From Bacteroidota bacterium (GTDB lineage: Bacteria; Bacteroidota; Bacteroidia; Chitinophagales; Chitinophagaceae), in contig JBEHZB010000006.1 in assembly GCA_048497855.1 (NCBI GenBank), positions 108,153 to 172,152 on the forward strand: DNA of 64,000 bases, given 5' to 3'. The notes below the pieces were generated by a model that was given only the letters and a program-made list of their open reading frames with translations, had not been told where the DNA came from and did no database searches. Made by a program: the position numbers and the translations under genes. Each line of letters starts with the position of its first letter. Position 1 is the first letter of the stretch. Below, piece after piece: positions 9,189-17,715 of this stretch.

Positions 9189-12100
9189 ATGAGAAAATTT
9201 GCAACCAGCCTAATGGTATTGCTGCTTTTTTTGCTTCCGCTTGCTGCCCTGGCGCAGACCACCATTACCGGCAGAGTTACCGGGGAAAATGGTGCGCCTG
9301 TTGAAGGGGCATCAGTAATTATTAAAGGCAAAAAAACAGGGACCAAAACGGATGCTAACGGTAATTTCACCATTTCTGCCGCCAAAGGCGATGTACTGGT
9401 GGTATCTTCCGTAAACTTCACCGCCAAACAGGTAAAGATCAATGATGGCCGCCCTATCGCTTTAACCTTGATATCTACAGATGGAAAAATGGAAGAAGTG
9501 GTAGTTACAGCCATGGATATCAAACGAAATCCCCGGGAATTAGGTTACTCCGTTCAAAAAGTAGATGGTAAAGAAGTACAGGAAACACAACGGGAAAACT
9601 TTTTGAACAGCCTCCAGGGCCGTGTGGCCGGTGTAACGGTTACTTCTACTTCAGGTGTTCCCGGTGCTTCTTCAAGTATTGTATTAAGGGGGTTCAACTC
9701 CCTGTCATTAAGCAACCAGCCGTTGTTTGTAATTGATGGGGTTATTGTAGATAACCAGACGATCGATGAAAACTCCAATGGTGGCTCTGGCGTAGGTTTG
9801 GTTGAAAGAGGCGCGGGCTTGACCAACACAGCTAACAGAAATAATGACTATAATAACAGGATAGCTGATATCAACCCAAATGATATTGAAACGTTTACCA
9901 TATTAAAAGGCCCGGAAGCAACAGCTTTATATGGCAGCCAGGCAAGTTCCGGTGCTATTATCATTACTACACGTAAAGCTAAAAGCAACAAACTGGCTAT
10001 ACAATATGATAATAGTTTCAGGATACAAACCCTTACAAGATTCCCTGATTTTTTTGATGGCTTTTCTGGTGGCTCAAATGGAGATACTACCAGCAAACAG
10101 TTATTCCGTTATTTTGGCCCTGCTTACGAACCTGGAACAACATTTTATGATAATAAGAATGCTTTCTTCAAAACAGGCTTTTCACAAACACATAATCTTG
10201 GTGTCGACTTTGGTATCAAGAAATCAATATTCAGGTTCTCGGGTTCTTATTTCGACCAGGATGGTATAGTGCCTAACAGCAGTTACAACCGATATACTTT
10301 AAAACTGTCGAACACTACTAAATTCTGGAACAATAAAATTGACATCTCTCCTGCCGTATCTTATACCAATACTACCAATAAAAAAGTATTAAGAAGCGCT
10401 GGTGGTTTCATGATCTCTTTATTATCCTGGCCAACCACCAATGATATAGTAGCTTCGCAAGGAGATAATGCTACTAAAAACCCGCTATTTGTTGGTACTT
10501 CAAATACAGAACTTGACAATCCTTTATTTAACGTAAATAACAACAAGGCTGGTGAAAAAACAGAACGTTATAATACATCGTTAGGTATAAATATCAATCC
10601 TTACAGCTGGTTATCATTATCAGGCCGCTTTGGATATGAAACTTATAAAACAGAAGGTTATTTACGTTATCACCCGCTGTCTTATTTTATTTCTGCAAGT
10701 ACTGGTGGCATACAGGACAATTTCTGGAGAAGCTATCATGGTTACAATCATACCATTACTGCTACCGCCAGAAAAACATGGCGCAAAGATTTCAATTTTC
10801 GCCTGATGGCCGGAACGATGTGGCAGGATTATAAAACAGAAATGTATGCCGTATCAGGAACCAATATAGTTGATAATGTTATCGGCTCTAAAATGTATAA
10901 AAACGGGCTGCCTTTAACAAACGCTGACTACAATGCATTGCCCGGCCCTGCTGATAGCAATGCTACAAGAGTTATTACACGTACACGCTTACTAAGAAAT
11001 GTATATGGAGAAAACAACGAGTCAATTCTTAGAGAATTTGCTTACTTTGGCGAGTTTGCGTTTAATTATAAGAACCTGGTGTTCCTTAACTATACGCATC
11101 GGTTTGAAGAAGCTTCTACTCTTCCAAAAAAGAACAGGAAATTTAACTATCCTGGTGGAAGCATAAGTGCAATTGTTACTGATATCTTCCCGGTATTGAA
11201 AAGAGGAAATATCTTGAATTATATGAAAATACGTGGCTCTATGGCTGCAACTGCAAGGTTAAATACGCCTTACTCAACACAATCTGTTTTTGTAAATAAC
11301 CTTGCCAGTGGCGGTGGCTATTCTTATAGCTTCTTTAACAACAACCCTGAACTGGAGCCAGAAAAACAGAGAACGTTTGAAGTAGGTACAGAAATGCGTT
11401 TCCTTAAAAGCAGGCTTGGCATAGATGCAACTTATTATAATACACTTAACAAAGACCAGATCATTGAAAACTTCAGGCTAAGTTATGCTACCGGCTTTGT
11501 ATTAAATACTCAAAATGCCGGCAGCACAAGAAACCAGGGTGTTGAAATTGCTATAGATGCACAGGTAGTTAAAAAGAGAAAATTCAGCTGGTCGACACGC
11601 TTTAACTTCAACAAACAATGGAACAGGATAGAAGAAATGCCTAAGAACGTAGCGTTATACTATCTTGCTGATGCAAACGTATTTCAGAATGTAGGCAGTG
11701 GTGTAGTTTTAGGTGGTACTACTACTACAATATCAGGTTTTGGTTATGCAAGAAATAATAACGGCCAAATATTAATAAGTCCAACAAGCGGTTATCCTGT
11801 TATAGATGGCGTTCAAAGGCCACGTGGAGACAGGTTACCGGATTTCACTTTAGGTTGGGTTAACAATTTAGCTTACAAAAACTGGAAGCTAAGCTTCTTA
11901 TGGGATATAAAGATCGGAGGCGATATTTACAACGGTACCGAACACTTCCTGACCATGATCGGCAGAAGCAAAATGACAGCTGATCGTTTAACGCCAAGAG
12001 TAATAGATGGAGTACTAAGCGATGGCCTTGAAAATACTGATCATCCCACAAAAAATACAATTGTTGTGATTCCTTACTATGATGATTTTTATTACAGGAA

Positions 12101-12389
12101 TTTACCTGAGGAAGAATTCATTGAAAAAGATGTGAACTGGTTCAGGTTAAGAGATGTTACATTGAATTATAGTTTCCCTGCTAAAACATTCAGAAGAATA
12201 AAAGCGATGAAAGACCTTAGTGTATTCTTCACCGCTACAGACCTGGTGCTGATAACCAATTATTCAGGAGCTGATCCTTCAGTAAATACAAACACAGCAG
12301 GAACAAGGGGTGTTGGTACATTTGGATTTGATTATGGCACATTGCCTACGCAGGCTGCCTATAATTTTGGTATCAGGGCATCATTTTAA
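9189..12389 (+). CDS. SusC/RagA family TonB-linked outer membrane protein
   Basis: 1066-aa ORF with a signal peptide, CarboxypepD_reg-like N-domain (ITGRVTGENGAPVEGASVIIKG), plug motif (PLFVIDGV..NDIETFTILKGPEATALYGSQASSGAIIITTRK) and C-terminal Phe. No STN domain. Confidence 0.9.
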   Translation: MRKFATSLMVLLLFLLPLAALAQTTITGRVTGENGAPVEGASVIIKGKKTGTKTDANGNFTISAAKGDVLVVSSVNFTAKQVKINDGRPIALTLISTDGKMEEVVVTAMDIKRNPRELGYSVQKVDGKEVQETQRENFLNSLQGRVAGVTVTSTSGVPGASSSIVLRGFNSLSLSNQPLFVIDGVIVDNQTIDENSNGGSGVGLVERGAGLTNTANRNNDYNNRIADINPNDIETFTILKGPEATALYGSQASSGAIIITTRKAKSNKLAIQYDNSFRIQTLTRFPDFFDGFSGGSNGDTTSKQLFRYFGPAYEPGTTFYDNKNAFFKTGFSQTHNLGVDFGIKKSIFRFSGSYFDQDGIVPNSSYNRYTLKLSNTTKFWNNKIDISPAVSYTNTTNKKVLRSAGGFMISLLSWPTTNDIVASQGDNATKNPLFVGTSNTELDNPLFNVNNNKAGEKTERYNTSLGININPYSWLSLSGRFGYETYKTEGYLRYHPLSYFISASTGGIQDNFWRSYHGYNHTITATARKTWRKDFNFRLMAGTMWQDYKTEMYAVSGTNIVDNVIGSKMYKNGLPLTNADYNALPGPADSNATRVITRTRLLRNVYGENNESILREFAYFGEFAFNYKNLVFLNYTHRFEEASTLPKKNRKFNYPGGSISAIVTDIFPVLKRGNILNYMKIRGSMAATARLNTPYSTQSVFVNNLASGGGYSYSFFNNNPELEPEKQRTFEVGTEMRFLKSRLGIDATYYNTLNKDQIIENFRLSYATGFVLNTQNAGSTRNQGVEIAIDAQVVKKRKFSWSTRFNFNKQWNRIEEMPKNVALYYLADANVFQNVGSGVVLGGTTTTISGFGYARNNNGQILISPTSGYPVIDGVQRPRGDRLPDFTLGWVNNLAYKNWKLSFLWDIKIGGDIYNGTEHFLTMIGRSKMTADRLTPRVIDGVLSDGLENTDHPTKNTIVVIPYYDDFYYRNLPEEEFIEKDVNWFRLRDVTLNYSFPAKTFRRIKAMKDLSVFFTATDLVLITNYSGADPSVNTNTAGTRGVGTFGFDYGTLPTQAAYNFGIRASF

Positions 12390-12407
12390 AAAATAAAAAT
12401 CAACAAA

Positions 12408-14042
12408 ATGAAAAAGAGATATTTAACATTACATATAGCGTCAATTGCCTTGCTGCTGTCTGCCTGCAGTAAAAAAATTGATGATGCCTATGCTAATCCG
12501 AACGCACAGGTAAAACAGCCGATAGAAACATTGATGCCAAACGTTGTAGCTAATATGTGCATCAGCAATACGGCCAATGGTTCGTTATACGGCCCTCAAA
12601 ATGACGGTCAGTATGTTGGCAGGTATATACAGTTTTGGGTAACTAATACTGCCGGCAACCAATACGATCAAATGGGGCAAACTACTACAAACAGTACTGC
12701 TGCAGCATCTGATATTGGTGGCGCACAATGGGCCATGCATTATTATGGCATGGGGCAAAATCTTAGCAAGATAATAGAATGGGGAACAGAAGAAAAGAAA
12801 TGGGATTATGTTGGCGCTGCTTATGCTATGAGAGCTTTTGGCTGGTTAGCTGTTACTGATATGCATGGCGAAGCGATACTTAAAGAAGCTTTTAATACCA
12901 GCCTGTTGGTTTTCCATTATGATACACAGCAGGAAATTTATGAAGAAGTAAAAAGATGTTGCAGGCTTGCGATAGAGAACCTAAGCAAAACAGGCGACGG
13001 CGTAAGTGCAGCAAATTTAGCTTTAGGTGCTAACTACTGTTCTATGAAAGGCGATGTTGAAAAATGGAAGAAATTCACTTATGCAATTATGGCAAGGGTA
13101 TTTCACCGCACAACCAACAAAGCAGATTATAAACCTGATTCTGTAATTTATTACGCTAACCTTGCTGCAACTACCAATGCTGATAATTCTTACATTTTAT
13201 TTGAAGGCGGTACTTCTCCAAAATGCAGCTATTATGGCCCGCTTCGCGGAAATATCCAAACCTTCCGCCAGTCGAGGTTTGCAGCCGATCTGTTTTCTGG
13301 TGTCAACACATCTTTCCCTGGTGTAAATGATCCCCGGGCATGGTACAAATTACGGGAAAATATAAACGGCACATTTAAAGGCATCAGGCCAAACAAGGGA
13401 TTGAATGACGGCCTTGCTGCACCAAATGATATACCACCAAATTTCTTCGGATTGGCAGGTACAGCCACTACCCCATCTGTTGAACGTTACATTTTCCAAA
13501 ATGCAATGCCATGGCCTTTGGTTACAGCATCTGAAATGAAGTTCTTAAAAGCAGAAGCTTATTATCGCAAAGGAGATAAAGCAAATGCGCTTACTGCGTA
13601 TAAAGAAGGCATCACACTTGATTTTGATATGCTTGCTACTACATATCCGCAAAATATACCTGCTGGCCATGTAATAGATGGAACTACTGCATCATCCTTC
13701 TTAGCTAATCCAGCAGTAGTTCCTACAGTTGCCAACTTCAACTTATCACATATCATGTTGCAAAAATATATTGCACTGTATGGTTATGGTTTTATGGAAA
13801 CATGGGCTGACATGAGGCGTTATCACTATGTTGATGTTGAAACAGGCTCAACACGCCAGGTGTACACCGATTTTATCCCACCTTCCGGTGGAGATCTTTT
13901 TCCGAATAATAATGGCAACTTAATTTACAGGGTGCGCCCAAGGTACAATTCAGAGTTCCTGTATAATATAGATGCGCTTACACAAATAGGTGCTACAGCT
14001 CTCGATTTTCATACCAAAAGGCAATGGTTTACCGAGCCATAA
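12408..14042 (+). CDS. SusD/RagB family nutrient-binding outer membrane lipoprotein
   Basis: 544-aa ORF 18 nt downstream of SusC with lipoprotein signal (LLLSAC). TPR-like SusD features include EMKFLKAEAYYRKGD and the C-terminal RxxY..E pattern. Confidence 0.85.
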   Translation: MKKRYLTLHIASIALLLSACSKKIDDAYANPNAQVKQPIETLMPNVVANMCISNTANGSLYGPQNDGQYVGRYIQFWVTNTAGNQYDQMGQTTTNSTAAASDIGGAQWAMHYYGMGQNLSKIIEWGTEEKKWDYVGAAYAMRAFGWLAVTDMHGEAILKEAFNTSLLVFHYDTQQEIYEEVKRCCRLAIENLSKTGDGVSAANLALGANYCSMKGDVEKWKKFTYAIMARVFHRTTNKADYKPDSVIYYANLAATTNADNSYILFEGGTSPKCSYYGPLRGNIQTFRQSRFAADLFSGVNTSFPGVNDPRAWYKLRENINGTFKGIRPNKGLNDGLAAPNDIPPNFFGLAGTATTPSVERYIFQNAMPWPLVTASEMKFLKAEAYYRKGDKANALTAYKEGITLDFDMLATTYPQNIPAGHVIDGTTASSFLANPAVVPTVANFNLSHIMLQKYIALYGYGFMETWADMRRYHYVDVETGSTRQVYTDFIPPSGGDLFPNNNGNLIYRVRPRYNSEFLYNIDALTQIGATALDFHTKRQWFTEP

Positions 14043-14066
14043 TTTTTAATTTAAAAAACAAACAAC

Positions 14067-14843
14067 ATGAAGCATATACTTTCCATGTTATTAATAACCG
14101 CAACAGCAATTACCATTGCATCCTGCGATAAGGATAGAGAAGAAGTGTTGCCGCAAAATTATACAGACAACAAGTCTTACATCAAGATCTTACATACTTA
14201 TACTGCGCTTACTCCTTCTGCAGCAACGCCTGCAGCAGGGCCGTCAGTGAATATTTTTGTGAACAACGAAAAGATAAATGCAACGCCAATTGATTTTGGT
14301 GGTTCATTTCCGAGTTCCGCAGGTTATGCAGCAGTACCTGCCGGCATCAATCAAAGTATAAAAATAGTATTGAACCGTGCAGGAGGCAGTTTGCCAACTG
14401 ATACACTCTCCAATAACCTATACAATTTAGCTGTTGGTGGATATACTACTATTTTCCTCGCTGACAGTTTTCCCAACCCAACTCAGCAAAACCCAATCGT
14501 ATTGCCTTTTGGTGAAACAGTAATAAAAACAAAAAGAGAATTTTATAAAATGAGGTTTGTGAACATGATCGCCAATACTGATACTTTAGAAATATTCTCT
14601 AAACAACTTAATACTGTTGTTATGCCTGGAACAAGGTTCAAATTTGCATCAGATTGGGTAGAGCTTCCATTGACACGCAAGAACGATACGTTGCAGTTAA
14701 GAAAGGTTGGTACCACAACAGTTATCTCTGATATAAAAACCTGGAACCCATCAACAGAAAGGATATATACTGTTTATGGTAGAGGTACAACAACAGGCAC
14801 AGGTACAAGGGCCCGTACACTATTATCTTATCTAAACAGATAG
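14067..14843 (+). CDS. lipoprotein, DUF4397-like (two repeats)
   Basis: 258-aa ORF with lipobox (TIASC). Two internally similar segments (IKILHTY..VNIFVNNEKI and MRFVNMI..LEIFSKQL) resemble DUF4397 repeats. It sits third in the SusC/SusD locus. Confidence 0.5.
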   Translation: MKHILSMLLITATAITIASCDKDREEVLPQNYTDNKSYIKILHTYTALTPSAATPAAGPSVNIFVNNEKINATPIDFGGSFPSSAGYAAVPAGINQSIKIVLNRAGGSLPTDTLSNNLYNLAVGGYTTIFLADSFPNPTQQNPIVLPFGETVIKTKREFYKMRFVNMIANTDTLEIFSKQLNTVVMPGTRFKFASDWVELPLTRKNDTLQLRKVGTTTVISDIKTWNPSTERIYTVYGRGTTTGTGTRARTLLSYLNR

Positions 14844-14864
14844 AAGACAGTTTGGTTATTTATT

Positions 14865-14917
14865 ATGCTTAAATAAAAAGAGCAGCAATTAAATTGCTGC
14901 TCTTTTTATTTAAGCAT
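14865..14917. terminator. bidirectional intrinsic terminator between convergent genes
   Basis: Perfect 26-nt arms: atgcttaaataaaaagagcagcaatt / aattgctgctctttttatttaagcat. The GC-rich centre is flanked by A- and T-runs. It lies between 14067..14843(+) and 14925..16328(-). Confidence 0.8.
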
Positions 14918-14924
14918 TCTATAA

Positions 14925-16328
14925 TTATCCAAAGAATAAATAGCAAAGTATGATAGAAGTAATTATGCCAACCAGATCTGCCAGCAACATAGCGCCCACA
15001 GCATAGCGGGTATTTTTAACAGATACTGCGCCAAAGTAAACGGCTATCACATAAAAGGTAGTATCTGATGAACCTTGCAGGATACAACTTAACCTGCCTT
15101 GAAAAGAATCAGGCTTAAATGTTTCCATAGTAGCAACCATCATTCCCCTGGCACCGCCGCCGCTAAAGGGTTTTATTAAAGCTGTAGGCAGGCCATCTAC
15201 AAAACGGGTATCCATGCCCAATGCTGCAAAAAATACCCTCATACCATTCATTATTACTTCAAATACGCCGCTGTTGCGCAATAAGCTTATCGCTACCAGC
15301 ATACCTACCAGGTAAGGGATGATGCGTACGGCTGTCTCAAAACCTCCTTTTGCACCATCAATAAATGCATCAAACACATCTATCTTTTTATACAATCCGC
15401 CGAGCACAATTAAAAAGAGTATCAGCAATATCAATCCGTTGCTCAGCAAACCAGAGAAAATTTGTACCTGTGTGGTGTTCAAAGATTTGATATACAACAC
15501 CAGTAATGCGATGATGGAAGATATTCCCAATACCCAACCCATGATCACCGGTGTAAAAACATTTATCTTTTGTTTTATCGACACAATGAACATTGCTGCC
15601 ATAGTTGCCACAAAGGTGGCGATCATGCAGGGAATAAAAATATCAGTCGGGTTAGCAGCTTTTGCAGATGCCCTTAATGCAATAATGCTTACCGGTATCA
15701 ATGTCAATCCTGAGGCATGCAAACATAAGAACATGATCTGCGAATTGGATGCTTTCGTTTTATCAGGATTGATCTCCTGCAAACTTTCCATCGCTTTTAT
15801 ACCAAAAGGCGTTGCCGCATTATCCAGCCCTAAAAGATTGGCAGAAAAATTCATCATCATATGCCCCATTGCAGGGTGGCCCTTCGGCAAGTCGGGAAAT
15901 ATCCTGGAAAAGAAAGGCGCTATGATCCTCGACAATAACCGTATCCCTCCTGCCCTTTCTGCAATATTCATAAAACCCATAAACAGGGCCATGATGCCGA
16001 TCAGCCCGATACACAGGTTTACAGCTACTTTGCAGGTTTCAATAATGCCATCTGCGGCTTGTTCTTTATACACCAATATCTTGCCTTCCGCAGTTCTTAG
16101 ATATTTGTCTTCCCCGCTTTTATAGCTGCTGTTGGTACCCAAAGCTGTTAATACCGCAGCCGGGGCTACATTGTTGCTATCGTACACTTTGGTATGGGAT
16201 GTATCTCCCGATTTACCCACCACCATTTTATTGAAGATCGTATTGCCCCCTTCAGAAAAAAGGCAGATTCCTGCGGCGGCTAAAACGGCAATGATGATAA
16301 AGGCACTCCATATTCTGCTTAAAGCCAT
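14925..16328 (-). CDS. nucleoside recognition domain-containing membrane protein (fused SpmA/SpmB-like)
   Basis: 467-aa polytopic membrane ORF. Length and glycine-rich loop patterns match proteins usually annotated as nucleoside-recognition/spore-maturation-like. The substrate cannot be inferred. Confidence 0.65.
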   Translation of the reverse strand: MALSRIWSAFIIIAVLAAAGICLFSEGGNTIFNKMVVGKSGDTSHTKVYDSNNVAPAAVLTALGTNSSYKSGEDKYLRTAEGKILVYKEQAADGIIETCKVAVNLCIGLIGIMALFMGFMNIAERAGGIRLLSRIIAPFFSRIFPDLPKGHPAMGHMMMNFSANLLGLDNAATPFGIKAMESLQEINPDKTKASNSQIMFLCLHASGLTLIPVSIIALRASAKAANPTDIFIPCMIATFVATMAAMFIVSIKQKINVFTPVIMGWVLGISSIIALLVLYIKSLNTTQVQIFSGLLSNGLILLILFLIVLGGLYKKIDVFDAFIDGAKGGFETAVRIIPYLVGMLVAISLLRNSGVFEVIMNGMRVFFAALGMDTRFVDGLPTALIKPFSGGGARGMMVATMETFKPDSFQGRLSCILQGSSDTTFYVIAVYFGAVSVKNTRYAVGAMLLADLVGIITSIILCYLFFG

Positions 16329-16334
16329 GTATTT

Positions 16335-16476
16335 GTTATTAGTTATTGGTTATTAGTTATTGGTGATTAGTTATTGGTGATTAGTTGAACGTCTTTTAGA
16401 CTCAAACCTTACCTTTGCACGTCAAATTCGTTATCGGCTACAAACTTATAACTAATCACCTATAACTTATAACTAA
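16335..16476. repeat. heptamer array (gttatta/gttattg/gtgatta x8, 16335-16390) with imperfect inverted partner (16444-16476) flanking a promoter-like spacer
   Basis: Direct reading of period-7 words. The right arm cttataa ctaatca cctataa cttataa is the approximate reverse complement. The locus lies between divergent genes. Confidence 0.8.
16410..16417 (+). promoter_or_regulatory. Bacteroidetes-type -7 box TACCTTTG upstream of ychF
   Basis: Exact match to TAnnTTTG, with TTG at 16385-16387 about 22 nt upstream. It lies 67 nt before the ychF ATG. Confidence 0.4.
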
Positions 16477-16483
16477 AATTAAA

Positions 16484-17581
16484 ATGGCTTTACAAGCAGG
16501 CATCGTAGGACTACCGAATGTGGGGAAATCAACATTATTTAATGCAGTAAGCAATAGCGCCAAGGCGCAGGCAAGCAATTACCGCTTTTGTACCATTGAG
16601 CCAAATGTGGGTTTGGTAAATGTACCCGATCCAAGATTGGATAAACTGGCTGAACTGGTAATACCCGACCGTATTGTACCCACACAGATCGAGATCGTTG
16701 ATATTGCCGGGTTGGTGCGTGGTGCCAGCAAAGGCGAAGGATTGGGCAACAAATTTTTAGCCAATATCCGTGAGGTAGATGCCATCATTCATGTGATCCG
16801 TTGTTTTGAAGATGAGAATATACTGCGTGACGAAGGCCCTATCAATCCTGTTGGCGATAAAGAGATCATTGAAACAGAATTGCAACTGAAGGATCTTGAA
16901 AGTGTAGAGAAGAAGATACAGCGTACAGAAAAAATGGCGAAGACAGATCCTAAAGCAAAAGTGGAACTGGAAATATTACAGCGTTGCCAGGAACACCTGA
17001 ATAAAGGCAAGAACATTATTTCATTAGGCTTAACAAAAGAAGAAAAAGTAGCTATTGCTGATCTTTTCTTATTAAGCGACAAACCAATTTTATATGTTGC
17101 CAATGTTGATGAAGCAAGCATGCATACCGGTAATAAATTTTCTGACGCACTTACCGAAGCCGTAAAGAATGAAGGCAACCAGGTGATCGTTATGACCAAT
17201 GCCATTGAAGCACAGATCGCAGAATTTGAAGATGCAGATGATAAGGCCATGTTCATGGAAGAATATAAAATGACCGAGCCGGCACTGGATCGTCTTATCC
17301 ATTCAACATACAAACTTCTAAACCTGTCAACCTACTTTACCGCCGGCGTACAGGAAGTAAGGGCCTGGACGATACATAAAGGCTGGAAAGCCCCGCAGGC
17401 TGCAAGCGTTATCCATACTGATTTTGAAAAGGGCTTCATTAAAGCGGAAGTTATTGCTTACGATGATTTCATTACCTACAAATCTGAAGCGGCCTGCCGT
17501 GAGAACGGCAAACTGCGCATTGAAGGAAAAGAATATTTAGTGCAGGATGGAGATGTGATGCACTTCCGGTTCAACGTGTAA
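16484..17581 (+). CDS. ychF: redox-regulated ribosome-binding ATPase YchF
   Basis: 365-aa ORF with G1 motif [13 protein letters not shown], the Obg-like core, a coiled-coil insertion and a C-terminal TGS-like domain ending [11 protein letters not shown]. Confidence 0.95.
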   Translation: MALQAGIVGLPNVGKSTLFNAVSNSAKAQASNYRFCTIEPNVGLVNVPDPRLDKLAELVIPDRIVPTQIEIVDIAGLVRGASKGEGLGNKFLANIREVDAIIHVIRCFEDENILRDEGPINPVGDKEIIETELQLKDLESVEKKIQRTEKMAKTDPKAKVELEILQRCQEHLNKGKNIISLGLTKEEKVAIADLFLLSDKPILYVANVDEASMHTGNKFSDALTEAVKNEGNQVIVMTNAIEAQIAEFEDADDKAMFMEEYKMTEPALDRLIHSTYKLLNLSTYFTAGVQEVRAWTIHKGWKAPQAASVIHTDFEKGFIKAEVIAYDDFITYKSEAACRENGKLRIEGKEYLVQDGDVMHFRFNV

Positions 17582-17588
17582 ACCACGA

Positions 17589-17636
17589 ATTACACTAATT
17601 AGCACGAATTATACGAATTGATGTAATTAGTGTAAT
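17589..17636. repeat. inverted repeat attacactaatta / taattagtgtaat between ychF and the helicase gene
   Basis: Perfect 13-nt arms (17589-17601 and 17624-17636) with a 22-nt loop. The word cacgaatta is also directly repeated. Possibly the ychF terminator. Confidence 0.6.
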
Positions 17637-17715
17637 CCGTATAATATGTGGCACTTTAACTAACTTTTTTGGAGTAAATAATGTTATACATTTACTCTAA
17701 TCAGTTGATAATAAT

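Noticed and set aside
15319-16125. 268-aa ORF antisense to the nucleoside-recognition membrane protein
   Set aside because: It is the mirror frame of a hydrophobic membrane CDS. The minus-strand ORF is longer and has coherent TM topology.
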